Assembly (NCBI GenBank): GCA_965218435.1
Contig: CBDCKW010000009.1
Span: 1,312,001 to 1,376,000 of the forward strand
DNA: 64,000 bases
From: Truepera sp.
GTDB lineage: Bacteria; Deinococcota; Deinococci; Deinococcales; Trueperaceae
Direction of reading: 5' to 3'
The translations under genes and the position numbers were made by a program. The notes below the pieces were generated by a model, which worked only from the letters and a program-made list of their open reading frames with translations, did not search any database and was not told where the DNA came from. Positions 28,494 through 37,351 of this stretch are shown here, piece by piece. How positions within the stretch are numbered: the first letter of the stretch is position 1; every line of letters starts with the position of its first letter.

Positions 28494-29092
28494 TTCGCAT
28501 CGTGATCGCTGAAGATCAGGGGATGGTTTTGGGGGCGCTGGCGGCGCTGCTCGAGCTGGAAGGTGACCTCTCAGTCGTCGCGCAAGCACGTGACGGGGCC
28601 GAGGCGTTGACGCTCGTTCAGGAACATAGGCCGGACGTGCTTTTAACCGATATCGAGATGCCGAAAATGACGGGGCTCGAGCTAGCCGCCGCCGTCCGCC
28701 GCGATTCCCTCCAAACTCGAGTCATCATCCTCACGACCTTCGCCCGCGCGGGTTACTTGCGCCGCGCTTTAGATGCGGGTGTAGCGGGCTATCTGCTTAA
28801 AGATGCGCCCGCGTCGGAACTGGCGGCGGCGGTGCGGCGCGTCCACGCCGGGGGCCGCGCGGTTGACCCTGAACTCGCCGCCGAAGCGTGGGGCGAACCC
28901 GACCCGCTGACGGAGCGCGAACGAGCGTGTTTACGGCTGGCGGGGCAAGGGCAGACAGGCCCGGAGATTGCTGCAACGCTCGGCCTTTCAGAAGGGACGG
29001 TGCGCAACTACCTCTCTGAAGCGATTGGCAAACTCGGGGCTGGAAACCGGGTCGAGGCGGCGCGGTTGGCGCGGGATAAAGGCTGGCTTTAG
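28490..29092 (+). CDS. DesR/YvfU-like NarL family response regulator
   Basis: IAEDQ, DIEMP, LTTF, LLKD, LuxR-type HTH GTVRNYLS, C-terminal KGWL. Confidence 0.93.
   Translation: MIRIVIAEDQGMVLGALAALLELEGDLSVVAQARDGAEALTLVQEHRPDVLLTDIEMPKMTGLELAAAVRRDSLQTRVIILTTFARAGYLRRALDAGVAGYLLKDAPASELAAAVRRVHAGGRAVDPELAAEAWGEPDPLTERERACLRLAGQGQTGPEIAATLGLSEGTVRNYLSEAIGKLGAGNRVEAARLARDKGWL
29055..29092 (+). repeat. copy 1 of a 38-bp direct repeat (3' end of the response regulator)
   Basis: AGGCGGCGCGGTTGGCGCGGGATAAAGGCTGGCTTTAG; 33/38 identical to 29833-29870. Confidence 0.85.
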
Positions 29093-29168
29093 TGCGGTGT
29101 CGAATGGGGCAGCGTATCAACACTTTCTTTCGCACAACGCAGATCTGATAGAGGGAAGGACTCGTACC

Positions 29169-29684
29169 ATGAATGACCAAGCTAGACTCATGCATACTGT
29201 TGCGATAACCGAGGTTGTCAACCGCTACTTTGCTGCTCTGGATCAGAAGCAATTCGATGTAACGACAATGAGTCGGATTTTTGCGGATGATGCAAAAATT
29301 GTGCGGCCTAACGGAGCAGTCACGACAGGGCCACAGGAAATTGGCGATAGCCACCGCCCTAGCTTAAGCCGTTTTCGAGCCACGCAGCATCTTACTAGCA
29401 GCTTTATCATTACCTTAAATGATTCTTCCGCCGAGTTTCGGGCGAACTTGGTTGCTATGCACCTTTGGGCTGAGGGTCACGGTGATCCGAACGTTAGTCC
29501 AAACGATAACTATTTTCTAGCAGGTGGCGTGATAGCCGGGCACGTAATATTGGGAGCAGACGGATGGCGAATGACTGAGATCGCCAATCAGGTGATCTGG
29601 AGACAGGGTACCGGTTTCCAAGAGTTACTTCAAACAGAGTTCAACCGAAAATCTCAGGGCGGTGGTTCCAGTGGTTCCGATTGA
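29169..29684 (+). CDS. SnoaL-like / NTF2 family protein
   Basis: RYFAALDQK, IFADDA, ATQHL, GWRM; RBS before ATG 29169; lower GC. Confidence 0.82.
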   Translation: MNDQARLMHTVAITEVVNRYFAALDQKQFDVTTMSRIFADDAKIVRPNGAVTTGPQEIGDSHRPSLSRFRATQHLTSSFIITLNDSSAEFRANLVAMHLWAEGHGDPNVSPNDNYFLAGGVIAGHVILGADGWRMTEIANQVIWRQGTGFQELLQTEFNRKSQGGGSSGSD

Positions 29685-29832
29685 TGCTCGTAGGGTCTAA
29701 CCGAATACTGAACGTTATAGCCGTATGTTACTCGAAACCTACATGCTACTCAACTACGCTTTGCAGCGGAAGGCGCGACGTTGGATTTTACAGGTGCGGC
29801 CTGGGTCGCGCCGCTGCTGAAAGCTGGACGAT

Positions 29833-29870
29833 AGGCAGCACGGTTGGCAAGGGATAAAGGCTGGCTTTAA
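29833..29870 (+). repeat. copy 2 of the 38-bp direct repeat (displaced response-regulator 3' end)
   Basis: AGGCAGCACGGTTGGCAAGGGATAAAGGCTGGCTTTAA; also encodes AARLARDKGWL*. Confidence 0.85.
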
Positions 29871-29880
29871 GCTAAAACGC

Positions 29881-30341
29881 ATGAGCAACCTACAAACCTT
29901 TTGGGACGCCTTCCTTGCCGCACAGCCTGAACGTCGCCTCCCGGCACAGCCCATAGACGCCTTCGCCTTTGGCGATTCGCCTGAAATGGCTGACCGGCTC
30001 GGCAAGCTTGTCTATGACGGCATCAAAACTGCGACGACGAGTGCGCTCTGGTCGTATGAACCGGGTGAGCCGTTACCCCAAGTCGGTGAACTGAGCGTCG
30101 TTTTGGGCGGGAATGTTTCGCCCCTTTGTGTGATTAAAATGCTCGAGGTTTGCACCTTACCTTTTACCGAAGTTGACGCTGCCTTTACTTTTGACGAGGG
30201 TGAAGGCGACCGTTCGCTGAACTACTGGTGTGTGAAGCGCACCGACGGTTTTTCCGGCGTGCGCTTCCTAAAATAGGCCGTACCTTTGACGAATAGATGC
30301 CCGTCGTATGCGAGAGGTTTAGCAAGGTTTACCCCGACTAA
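29881..30341 (+). pseudogene. ASCH domain protein, frameshifted and with an internal stop
   Basis: FGDSPEMADRL...GIKTAT...EGEGDRSL; after a TGTGT slip near 30230 the shifted frame continues EAHRRFF...FDE*MPVVCERF. Confidence 0.82.
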
Positions 30342-30808
30342 GGACGAAGGGCCGCCTCGCCCCCTAAAAAGAGCAGCCATCCCGCGACCACGAAGCCGTG
30401 AAAGAGTGCAGGCGGTCAGACTGAACGGGTACGGCGGTAGAGCAGCGTGCAGCCAGCGCCTAAAAGTGTGATGAGGAGCAGAAATGCCGGGTCATAAAAG
30501 AAGGGCCGCGCTGCCGGAAAAAATAGCCACGCGTTAAGCGGGTGTATGAGAACATAGGCGACGAGCGCAAAGCCCGTAAAACGTGGGGGCGGGGCGATGC
30601 GGAAGATGAGTTCCTCGAGCAGCCCCGGCACCACCAACACGCGCAGCGTCAGTGGCAGCACGGGGACAGATGGGCGCTGAGGCTCCAAGACTCCGCTCGC
30701 CAAACCTAAACTCAGTGCTAAAACCGAAAAGACGAGCATAACGGCGAGTGTTTCCAGCCAACCCAGGGCGCTCGGCCAGGTCACGAGCGCCGAGCGGATA
30801 CGCCTCAA
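30338..30808 (-). pseudogene. CPBP (Abi/CAAX) family intramembrane protease with a premature TGA
   Basis: EELIFR and HP motifs; the frame continues past TGA 30418-30416 as RSV*PPALFHG...WLLFLGG, where the family has S-x-W-P-x-x-x-x-H. Confidence 0.75.
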
Positions 30809-32074
30809 TTAGCCCTGCCGCCGTAAAACTAAGGGTTGCGCCGCCCCGTAGGTCAGGCTCCGCCACACCCACTCGGCAGGCCCGAAGCGAAAACGCTCCA
30901 GCCAGAAGCGGCTGAAGAGGACTTGCAAGTTGAAGATAACCAGTACCAAAATGAGTGAAGTGCTCAGCCCCAGCTCGTTAAAGTTGCCGAATCCGTAGCC
31001 GTTAAAAATCAGGGTGCAGACGACCGATTGGGTGAGGTAATTCGTCAGGGCCATCCGTCCGGCAAAACCAAAATTGGCTAACCGCCGCTGCCACGCTTTA
31101 CGTTCTAACAGCCGCGTCAGCAGCGCCAGATACACGAACATCAGTGCAGGACCGCCGATGGCAAACGAGTAGCCAACCGCGAGCGGGCTGTACGTCCCCG
31201 TAAAAAACCAATAGGCGTACACGCCCTTAAAGACGAGCGCGACGGGCAGCGCCGCGATCAAAATGCCGGTCCACGCGCGGCGGTTGGGGCGTTCAAAAAG
31301 CCCGTGCCGTCCGGCCAACAGTCCGAGCAAAAAGAGCCATAAAACCGTCGGTAAAAAGTTCGGCAAATTGAGGATTTCGCGTTCTGCGAGCTGGGCCTGA
31401 TACCGGACGACCTCGCCATAACTGCCCGAGCCAAACGTTTGATTGAAAGTCTGTAGATTGACAAAATTTTGCAGATTGAACCGAGCTTGCAAGTCAAACC
31501 AAGTATACAAGTTAAGCCAAGCTTGCCGCCAAAGAGCGTAGTCAGGTAGGCTCTTAACAAAAGGCGTTAGATACGAGAAAACCGAAAGTACGAAAAAAGT
31601 CACTGCTCCCGTAAGCAGCACCCAGCTCTTCCTAAAAGCGAAGAGCGTCAGGACGAAGCCGCCGACCGCGTAGGTCAGCAAGATGTCACCGTACCAGATC
31701 AAAATAGCGTGAATGAGGCCGATACCGAGCAGGACGGCCAAACGGCGGCGAAAGCGGGGCAGCGCGACCGGCCCGCGCCGGAGCTGCAAGGCCAGTCCCA
31801 AGCCGAACAAAAACGAAAAGAGCGAGTAAAACGCACCTTGGGCAAAGATGCGGACGAAGCCCTCGAGCCCCCGTTCCCCAACGTTTTGCGCTGCCGTCAA
31901 GCCGAAGTAGCCGTAAGACCCGCTAAAAAACAGCATATTCACTGTAAAAATGCCTAACAGGGCAATACCGCGCAAGATGTCTACGGTGACGAGGCGGGCT
32001 TCAGGTGGTGTGGGCGCGTCGGGGTAAGGTTCAGTTACAGATTCGGTCACGGGTTTAATGGCAGGTTGCGTCAC
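30809..32074 (-). CDS. DUF418 / YeiB family membrane protein
   Basis: DILRGIALLGI, FSFLFGLG, GDILLTYA, GRMALTNYLTQS, GPAEWVWRSLTY. Confidence 0.9.
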   Translation of the reverse strand: MTQPAIKPVTESVTEPYPDAPTPPEARLVTVDILRGIALLGIFTVNMLFFSGSYGYFGLTAAQNVGERGLEGFVRIFAQGAFYSLFSFLFGLGLALQLRRGPVALPRFRRRLAVLLGIGLIHAILIWYGDILLTYAVGGFVLTLFAFRKSWVLLTGAVTFFVLSVFSYLTPFVKSLPDYALWRQAWLNLYTWFDLQARFNLQNFVNLQTFNQTFGSGSYGEVVRYQAQLAEREILNLPNFLPTVLWLFLLGLLAGRHGLFERPNRRAWTGILIAALPVALVFKGVYAYWFFTGTYSPLAVGYSFAIGGPALMFVYLALLTRLLERKAWQRRLANFGFAGRMALTNYLTQSVVCTLIFNGYGFGNFNELGLSTSLILVLVIFNLQVLFSRFWLERFRFGPAEWVWRSLTYGAAQPLVLRRQG

Positions 32075-32087
32075 ACCTCTAGTGTAG

Positions 32088-32585
32088 CTAGTGCGGCTGT
32101 GCCAATCGGTGTGTGACGAGTAGAAGCTGGGAGCGAAACGGTTGCGGCGGGGTAAAGTCGCGCTCGAGTAGTGTCACCAGAGGCTCGAGCCTCAAACCAA
32201 ACTCAGCGCCGAGAGTGTCAATGTCATCGTCTTCACGAACTGCGACGACCGCACGCATGAAAGTTTTGCGGTTCAGGCTTGCTAAAACGCTGCAGGTCAG
32301 AACGTAAGGCAAGTTAGACAAGATGACGTCGGCTGCTACCTCATCTAAAGCAACTAACGCGTCGCCTAAAATCACGTTTGCATTTGGAAAACGGACGCAT
32401 AAGCTGTCGGCTAGTCCTTTGTCGAGTTCGACTAAAGTTAAGTCGCAAGGCGGGAGCACCGCTGCTACGGTGCCGCCGCCACTGCCCAGCTCGAGCACCC
32501 GGTCGTCCGTCCTAATTTGCGCCGCCGCGACGAGCGCACTCAGCTTCTGCGGATTGGTTAAAAAGTACTGTTCCACTCGAGTCAA
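32088..32585 (-). CDS. short KsgA/Erm-like SAM-dependent methyltransferase
   Basis: QYFL, VLELGSGGG, ELD, GDA, SNLPY, FTPP motifs; lacks the KsgA C-terminal domain; start uncertain. Confidence 0.7.
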   Translation of the reverse strand: MTRVEQYFLTNPQKLSALVAAAQIRTDDRVLELGSGGGTVAAVLPPCDLTLVELDKGLADSLCVRFPNANVILGDALVALDEVAADVILSNLPYVLTCSVLASLNRKTFMRAVVAVREDDDIDTLGAEFGLRLEPLVTLLERDFTPPQPFRSQLLLVTHRLAQPH

Positions 32586-32615
32586 AAAAACGCGTCGGCA
32601 ACTGCCGACGCGTTT
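32584..32615 (-). terminator. intrinsic terminator
   Basis: AAACGCGTCGGCA-AC-TGCCGACGCGTTT stem with a 7-U run on the minus strand. Confidence 0.8.
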
Positions 32616-32632
32616 GTACCGCCTGGTTTAGC

Positions 32633-33109
32633 TCAGCGTCCGCCGAGGAACTTTTTCGCGGCGAACGCGGCAAGTCCGGCCATCGCCATTTTGCCACCGG
32701 TGCTGTTGAGGGGGCTGTTGCCGCCGAGCAAGCTGGTCAGCAGATCGGGGTCTTGTTGTGATGCTTTACGGGTCATCCGGCCGAGTTCACGGGGCGAGGC
32801 GGCTTGATCTAAGTCTTGACCCTCGCGGTAACCCTGAAAGCTGCGGCTGCTGTCGTTGTTTGCCTGCTGGTAGTGCTCAGCAAGGGCGCGGCGCTCTTGG
32901 GGAGAAAGTTTGCTAAACGCCTTTTCGTACTCGGACTCCATTTCAGGGTCGTCTTGCTCGCCCTGATGCTGCGCCATCTCACGGTAACGCCGCGCCGCCT
33001 CTTCGTCCGAGATAGAGTCGGGATTTTCCCGGTAACGCCGCTCGAAATCACGGTAGTCTTCTTTGCGGTTATCGTCCTGACCAAAAAACTCGTTAAGTTT
33101 GTCAAACAT
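32633..33109 (-). CDS. hypothetical hydrophilic protein
   Basis: AGGAGG RBS and own terminator; highly charged with an amphipathic C-terminal helix; no family recognised. Confidence 0.75.
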   Translation of the reverse strand: MFDKLNEFFGQDDNRKEDYRDFERRYRENPDSISDEEAARRYREMAQHQGEQDDPEMESEYEKAFSKLSPQERRALAEHYQQANNDSSRSFQGYREGQDLDQAASPRELGRMTRKASQQDPDLLTSLLGGNSPLNSTGGKMAMAGLAAFAAKKFLGGR

Positions 33110-33255
33110 AGTCCAGCCTCCTTCTCTTTCGTGACGGAGCTTACCATCACTCTGTTTTGAAAATTAGGGTACAGCTTGCCATTGGAAGAGGTTACACGTT
33201 TAGCTAAATCTATACACGTCTGTTGTTAACCGTCACAAATGCTCGGCCACAAGCG

Positions 33256-34002
33256 TCAAGGTGCGCCAAAGCCGTATTCGCGCAGGATTTTTTGTCCTTT
33301 CTCCGAAAGCGTCAACGTCACAAACGCCTGGGCGAGCTCGAGCTGTGCGCCGCCCTGTAGCGCCGCAACCGGATAGGTGCCCACCACGTTAAAGGGGCTG
33401 GGAATCGGAACCGTTTTGACATTAAGGGCTGCCGCGTCGGTTTGATATACGATGGCGGCGTCCGCCTCACCGAGTTCGACCTTGAGCGCAACCTGCCGCA
33501 CGTTCGATTCTTCTGACACGAGGTTGCTTAAAACGCGCTGCGAAAAATTCGAGCCGTACCGAGTATCCATCTTCTCTAAGGCTTTACGTGCGTATTTGCC
33601 GACCGGCACTTCGGGCGCGGCGAGCACCAGTAACACGCCGGGTTGAGCGAGGTCTTGGAGGCGTTTGACGGGGCTATTCTGAGGCGTGATGACGCTCAAG
33701 CGGTTCGTTGCAAAGATTTTGGGCTGATCTGCGGCAAGTCCTGCGTCTACCACGACTTGCATCTGATCTTCGTCGGCGCTGGCAAACACGTCGGCGGGTG
33801 CGCCCTGCGTAATCTGCGTGGCGAGAGTCGCTGAGCCGTCAAAACTGAGTTGTATATTGACGCCGCTGTGCTCGGCTTCAAACACCGTAGCCAGCTCTTC
33901 AAACGCTTCGGTGAGGCTCGAGGCCGCAAACACCGTCAAGGTCTGAGCGGTAGCGAATGGGCTTGTCAGCAGTACGGTAAGCGCGAATAAAACGTATTTC
34001 AA
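33256..34002 (-). CDS. modA: molybdate ABC substrate-binding protein
   Basis: FAASSL, GSATLATQI, GAPADVFASA, VPVGKYA, NVRQV, GEADAAIVYQTD. Confidence 0.92.
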   Translation of the reverse strand: MKYVLFALTVLLTSPFATAQTLTVFAASSLTEAFEELATVFEAEHSGVNIQLSFDGSATLATQITQGAPADVFASADEDQMQVVVDAGLAADQPKIFATNRLSVITPQNSPVKRLQDLAQPGVLLVLAAPEVPVGKYARKALEKMDTRYGSNFSQRVLSNLVSEESNVRQVALKVELGEADAAIVYQTDAAALNVKTVPIPSPFNVVGTYPVAALQGGAQLELAQAFVTLTLSEKGQKILREYGFGAP

Positions 34003-34218
34003 AGGTCTCCTAAAGTAGCTTGCTCTGCGGGATGTGGTAAACCACGAATGGGGCTCGAGCCGACCTCTTTTTACAAAACCATGTTACGGCGAATGTGATG
34101 TTATCAGCAGATGCGTAGCAGTAAGCTGAACCAAAGAAGATTGCAAAGCTTGTCTTGAACGCAAAAACGCTGCTCAGACAGTTTAGGTTAATGGTTTAGG
34201 TTATTCGACCCGGAGCAC
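34003..34218 (-). ncRNA. possible Moco/Tuco riboswitch-like leader (weak)
   Basis: Long leader of modA starting GCTCCGGG...ACCTAAA and ending in the AGGAG RBS that could pair with CTCC; internal structure not confirmed. Confidence 0.25.
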
Positions 34219-34232
34219 TTAGACAAAGTTCC

Positions 34233-34934
34233 TCAACTACGCTTCGCCTCACCGAGCCGCGTTTCAAAAAACGTAAGCGTCCGCCGCCACGCATCTGCCG
34301 CCGCCGCCGCGTCATACGCGCCCCCCTGATCGTTAAAAAACGAGTGCTTCGCACCCTCGTAAACTTTGATGTCGTGTGGGACGTTGTACGTCCCTAGTTT
34401 CGCCGCCAACTTCTCACCCTGAGCTTTGGTAAAGTCTTTTTCCGGATACGATCCAACGACCGGGCAACTGCGTTTCACCGCCTCTAACGGACGCGGATTC
34501 ATCCCGTAAAAGGGCGCGATAGCTCCTAAACGCTCGTCGGTACACGCCCACGCAATCGCCAGACCGCCGCCCATACAAAACCCGGTGGCTCCCAACCGCT
34601 CGGCGTCAACCTCGGGCTGCTCGGCCAAAAAACTCAGCGCAGCCTTGAGGTCATCAATCCCCACGTGGTCTAGGGAATGTAAGAGCATGCCGTTCATAAG
34701 ACGCGCCATACAGAGCGCCCGGTTGCCGTGGCCGTAAAGGTCAACGGCTAGAGCGGCGTACCCGACCTCGGCAAAACGCTCGGCGACGCTGCGAATAGCG
34801 TCGTTCAACCCAAAAATCTCGTGAATGACGACGACGGCGGGAAACGGCCCGCTGCCCTCCGGACGGGCGTAAAAAGCAGGCAGCGTCTGCTTGCCGGACG
34901 GAAACGAAAGCTCATATGAAGAAATACGGGTCAT
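34233..34934 (-). CDS. dienelactone hydrolase family protein
   Basis: HEIFGLN, GFCMGG, PFYG, AKHSFFN; start placed by TAGAAT-N5-ATG. Confidence 0.9.
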   Translation of the reverse strand: MTRISSYELSFPSGKQTLPAFYARPEGSGPFPAVVVIHEIFGLNDAIRSVAERFAEVGYAALAVDLYGHGNRALCMARLMNGMLLHSLDHVGIDDLKAALSFLAEQPEVDAERLGATGFCMGGGLAIAWACTDERLGAIAPFYGMNPRPLEAVKRSCPVVGSYPEKDFTKAQGEKLAAKLGTYNVPHDIKVYEGAKHSFFNDQGGAYDAAAAADAWRRTLTFFETRLGEAKRS

Positions 34935-35106
34935 GTCCGATTCTAGCCTTTCAGCCCGCCCGTAGTAGAGATATAGCACTTAAGCCTTCAGAGGCTACCG
35001 CAGTCACTTCAAAGCGTGCGTGTCGGTCGGCTTAACTCAAAGTGGTTGCGTCTGTTCCCAGCTGATACTTGCTGTACCGGCTGTCCTTACGGCTTAAACT
35101 TGAAGT

Positions 35107-35664
35107 ATGAAAATCTATACCCGCACCGGGGACGAGGGCACGACCGCACTTTACGGCGGCGAACGTGTCCCTAAAGATACGGCCCGCGTCGAGGCGTACG
35201 GCACGGTAGACGAAGCGAACGCGCTCTTGGGCGTAGCCCGCACGCAACTTGGTAATCTAGGATTCGATGCTTTACTGGCCGAGTTGCAGAGCGCGTTATT
35301 TGATGTGGGCGCAGATTTAGCCGCGCCTGAGTCCCGTTACCGCGAGAACATCGTTCCGGTAACTGAAAAAGATGTGCTGAGGCTCGAGACCCACATTGAC
35401 CGGCTCGAGGCCGACCTGCCCGAACTCCGCGCCTTTATCTTGCCCGGTGGTCACCCGGCGGCGGCGAGCCTTCACTACGCCCGCACCGTCGTGCGCCGCG
35501 CCGAACGCCGCACCGCCACACTCTCCCACACCGAGGCGATCAACCCGCAAGTCGCGGTGTACCTCAACCGACTCTCGGACTTGCTCTTCGTTTTGGCAAG
35601 AGCCGTCAACGCTGCGGCGGGGATTCAAGACCCCGAATGGCAGGCAAGGAAGCCTACCAAATAA
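35107..35664 (+). CDS. pduO: PduO-type ATP:cob(I)alamin adenosyltransferase
   Basis: KIYTRTGDEG, YGTVDEAN, FILPGG, RTVVRRAER, YLNRLSDLLF. Confidence 0.93.
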   Translation: MKIYTRTGDEGTTALYGGERVPKDTARVEAYGTVDEANALLGVARTQLGNLGFDALLAELQSALFDVGADLAAPESRYRENIVPVTEKDVLRLETHIDRLEADLPELRAFILPGGHPAAASLHYARTVVRRAERRTATLSHTEAINPQVAVYLNRLSDLLFVLARAVNAAAGIQDPEWQARKPTK

Positions 35665-36440
35665 TGCGAATCGTCTCACTCGCGTGCTCAAACACCGAAA
35701 TCGTCTGTGCGCTGGGCTCTGCCGAGCTGCTCGTCGGGGTAGATAACCACTCGGATTTTCCGCTTGAGGTCGTCGCCGAGCTGCCGCGCGTCGGCCCGGA
35801 TTTAGGGATTGACGTGGAAGCCGTAGCAGCTTTAGAGCCCGACCTGGTGCTGGCCTCACTGACCGTGCCGGGGCACGAAAAGGTCGTTGAAGACTTGGCG
35901 GCGGCGGGGCTCGAGACGTTGGTGCTCGAGCCCGTTTCTCTAAACGACGTGTACGCCAACATCCGCGAAATCGCTCACGCGCTCGGCGTCGCTGAACGCG
36001 GTGAAGCCCTTGTTAGGGAGATGCAAGCTGAGCTGATTGATAGGGGGACCGCTTCAAAAAAACCTAGCATTATCGTGCAGTGGTGGAACCGCCCGACCAT
36101 CGCACCGGGGGCGCTCAGCTGGGTGACCGACCTCTTAGAGCTGGTCGGCGCAGAAAATCCCATCGGTAGGGAGCGGGTAAAAAGCCGCCCTATTAGCGAC
36201 GACGAACTCGCCTTTCTCAACCCGGACGCCATCGTCGTGTCGTGGTGCGGCGTCAAACCGGAGAAAGTCCGGCCTGAAGTCGCCATGCGGAACCCGGCTT
36301 GGCAACATGTCGAGGCCGTAAAAAGGGGCCAGATCTACGCGGTGCCGGAAGCCTACTTAGGACGTCCGGGGCCACGTTTGATTTACGGTTACCGGGCGCT
36401 CGCTGAAATCGTGCAGAAGACCGAAGGGGAGCGCGTATGA
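35664..36440 (+). CDS. BtuF-like cobalamin/helical-backbone binding protein
   Basis: MRIVSL..SNTEI, LEPDLVL, RPGPRL; no signal peptide. Confidence 0.82.
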   Translation: MRIVSLACSNTEIVCALGSAELLVGVDNHSDFPLEVVAELPRVGPDLGIDVEAVAALEPDLVLASLTVPGHEKVVEDLAAAGLETLVLEPVSLNDVYANIREIAHALGVAERGEALVREMQAELIDRGTASKKPSIIVQWWNRPTIAPGALSWVTDLLELVGAENPIGRERVKSRPISDDELAFLNPDAIVVSWCGVKPEKVRPEVAMRNPAWQHVEAVKRGQIYAVPEAYLGRPGPRLIYGYRALAEIVQKTEGERV

Positions 36441-37351
36441 AGATCGTCAGTTTACTGCCCAGCTCGAGCGAAATTTTAGGGGCGCTCGGACTACTGGAGC
36501 AGGTTGTTGCTGTATCGCACGAGTGTGATTTTCCGGCGGAAGTGACGGCGAAACCCCGCATCACGAGTAGCATCATCCCGCACGGTCTCGAGCCGCAAGA
36601 GATTGACGCAGCTGTCGTAGAAGCGGTGCGTTCAGGGCAGGCGCTCTACCAGATTGACGGCGACCTGCTCGCAGAGTTGCGCCCTGACCTTATCGTCACG
36701 CAAGGCATCTGCGACGTGTGCGCAGTCGGGGCCGGGACGGTCGCGGAGACGCTTAAGTTTTTGCCCGACTGCCTGCCGCCGGGAGCAAAAACGCTCACCC
36801 TTTCAGGAACGACAGTCGCTGGGATTTTTAGAGATATTCAGCTGGTCGCTCGGGCCGCTGGGGTGCCGGAGCGGGGAGACGCGCTGGTGAGGGCGCTGCA
36901 GACGCGCTGGCGAGAACTGCAAAAGCCCTTGCCGGTGAAGCCCAGAGTGCTGGTGCTCGAGTGGAGCGACCCGCCTTTTTCTGCCGGGCACTGGGTCCCG
37001 GAGATGGTCGCAGCCGCTGGGGGTACTGACGTGTTAGGTCAGCCTGGAGCCGTGTCGCGCCGGGTCTCGTGGGCAGACATCTTGGAAACCGACCCCGATA
37101 TAGTTTTGCTCGCCGCGTGTGGGTACGGGCTTGAGCAAAACGCCGCCTTTGCCGAAGAGCTTTACACGCACCCGGAAGCGCGACAACTCTGCGCGTTTAA
37201 GACCGGGCAAGTTTACGCGGTGGACGCGAACGCGTACTTCAGCCGTCCGGGGCCACGGGTGGTGAGGGGAGCCGAGTTGTTACAGGGCCTTTTTTACGGC
37301 GAGCCGTCGCCGGAAACCTTGCGGGTTGTTCCTGCGATGATTAATCAGTGA
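36437..37351 (+). CDS. second BtuF-like cobalamin-binding protein
   Basis: MKIVSLLPS, VSHECDFP, TQGICDVCAV, GHWVPEM, YFSRPGPR; no signal peptide. Confidence 0.85.
   Translation: MKIVSLLPSSSEILGALGLLEQVVAVSHECDFPAEVTAKPRITSSIIPHGLEPQEIDAAVVEAVRSGQALYQIDGDLLAELRPDLIVTQGICDVCAVGAGTVAETLKFLPDCLPPGAKTLTLSGTTVAGIFRDIQLVARAAGVPERGDALVRALQTRWRELQKPLPVKPRVLVLEWSDPPFSAGHWVPEMVAAAGGTDVLGQPGAVSRRVSWADILETDPDIVLLAACGYGLEQNAAFAEELYTHPEARQLCAFKTGQVYAVDANAYFSRPGPRVVRGAELLQGLFYGEPSPETLRVVPAMINQ

Noticed and set aside
18243..30418. Stop-codon reassignment suggested by in-frame TAG (APH, ASCH) and TGA at a Trp position (CPBP)
   Set aside because: TAG and TGA end many intact genes at family-typical positions (livF, livH), TGG is used for Trp throughout, and ASCH also has a frameshift
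32088..32585. Assigning rsmA/ksgA or erm
   Set aside because: Too short, lacks the C-terminal domain, and the start is doubtful
34935..35106. Cobalamin riboswitch upstream of pduO
   Set aside because: No GGGAA/B12-box elements recognisable, and pduO appears leaderless
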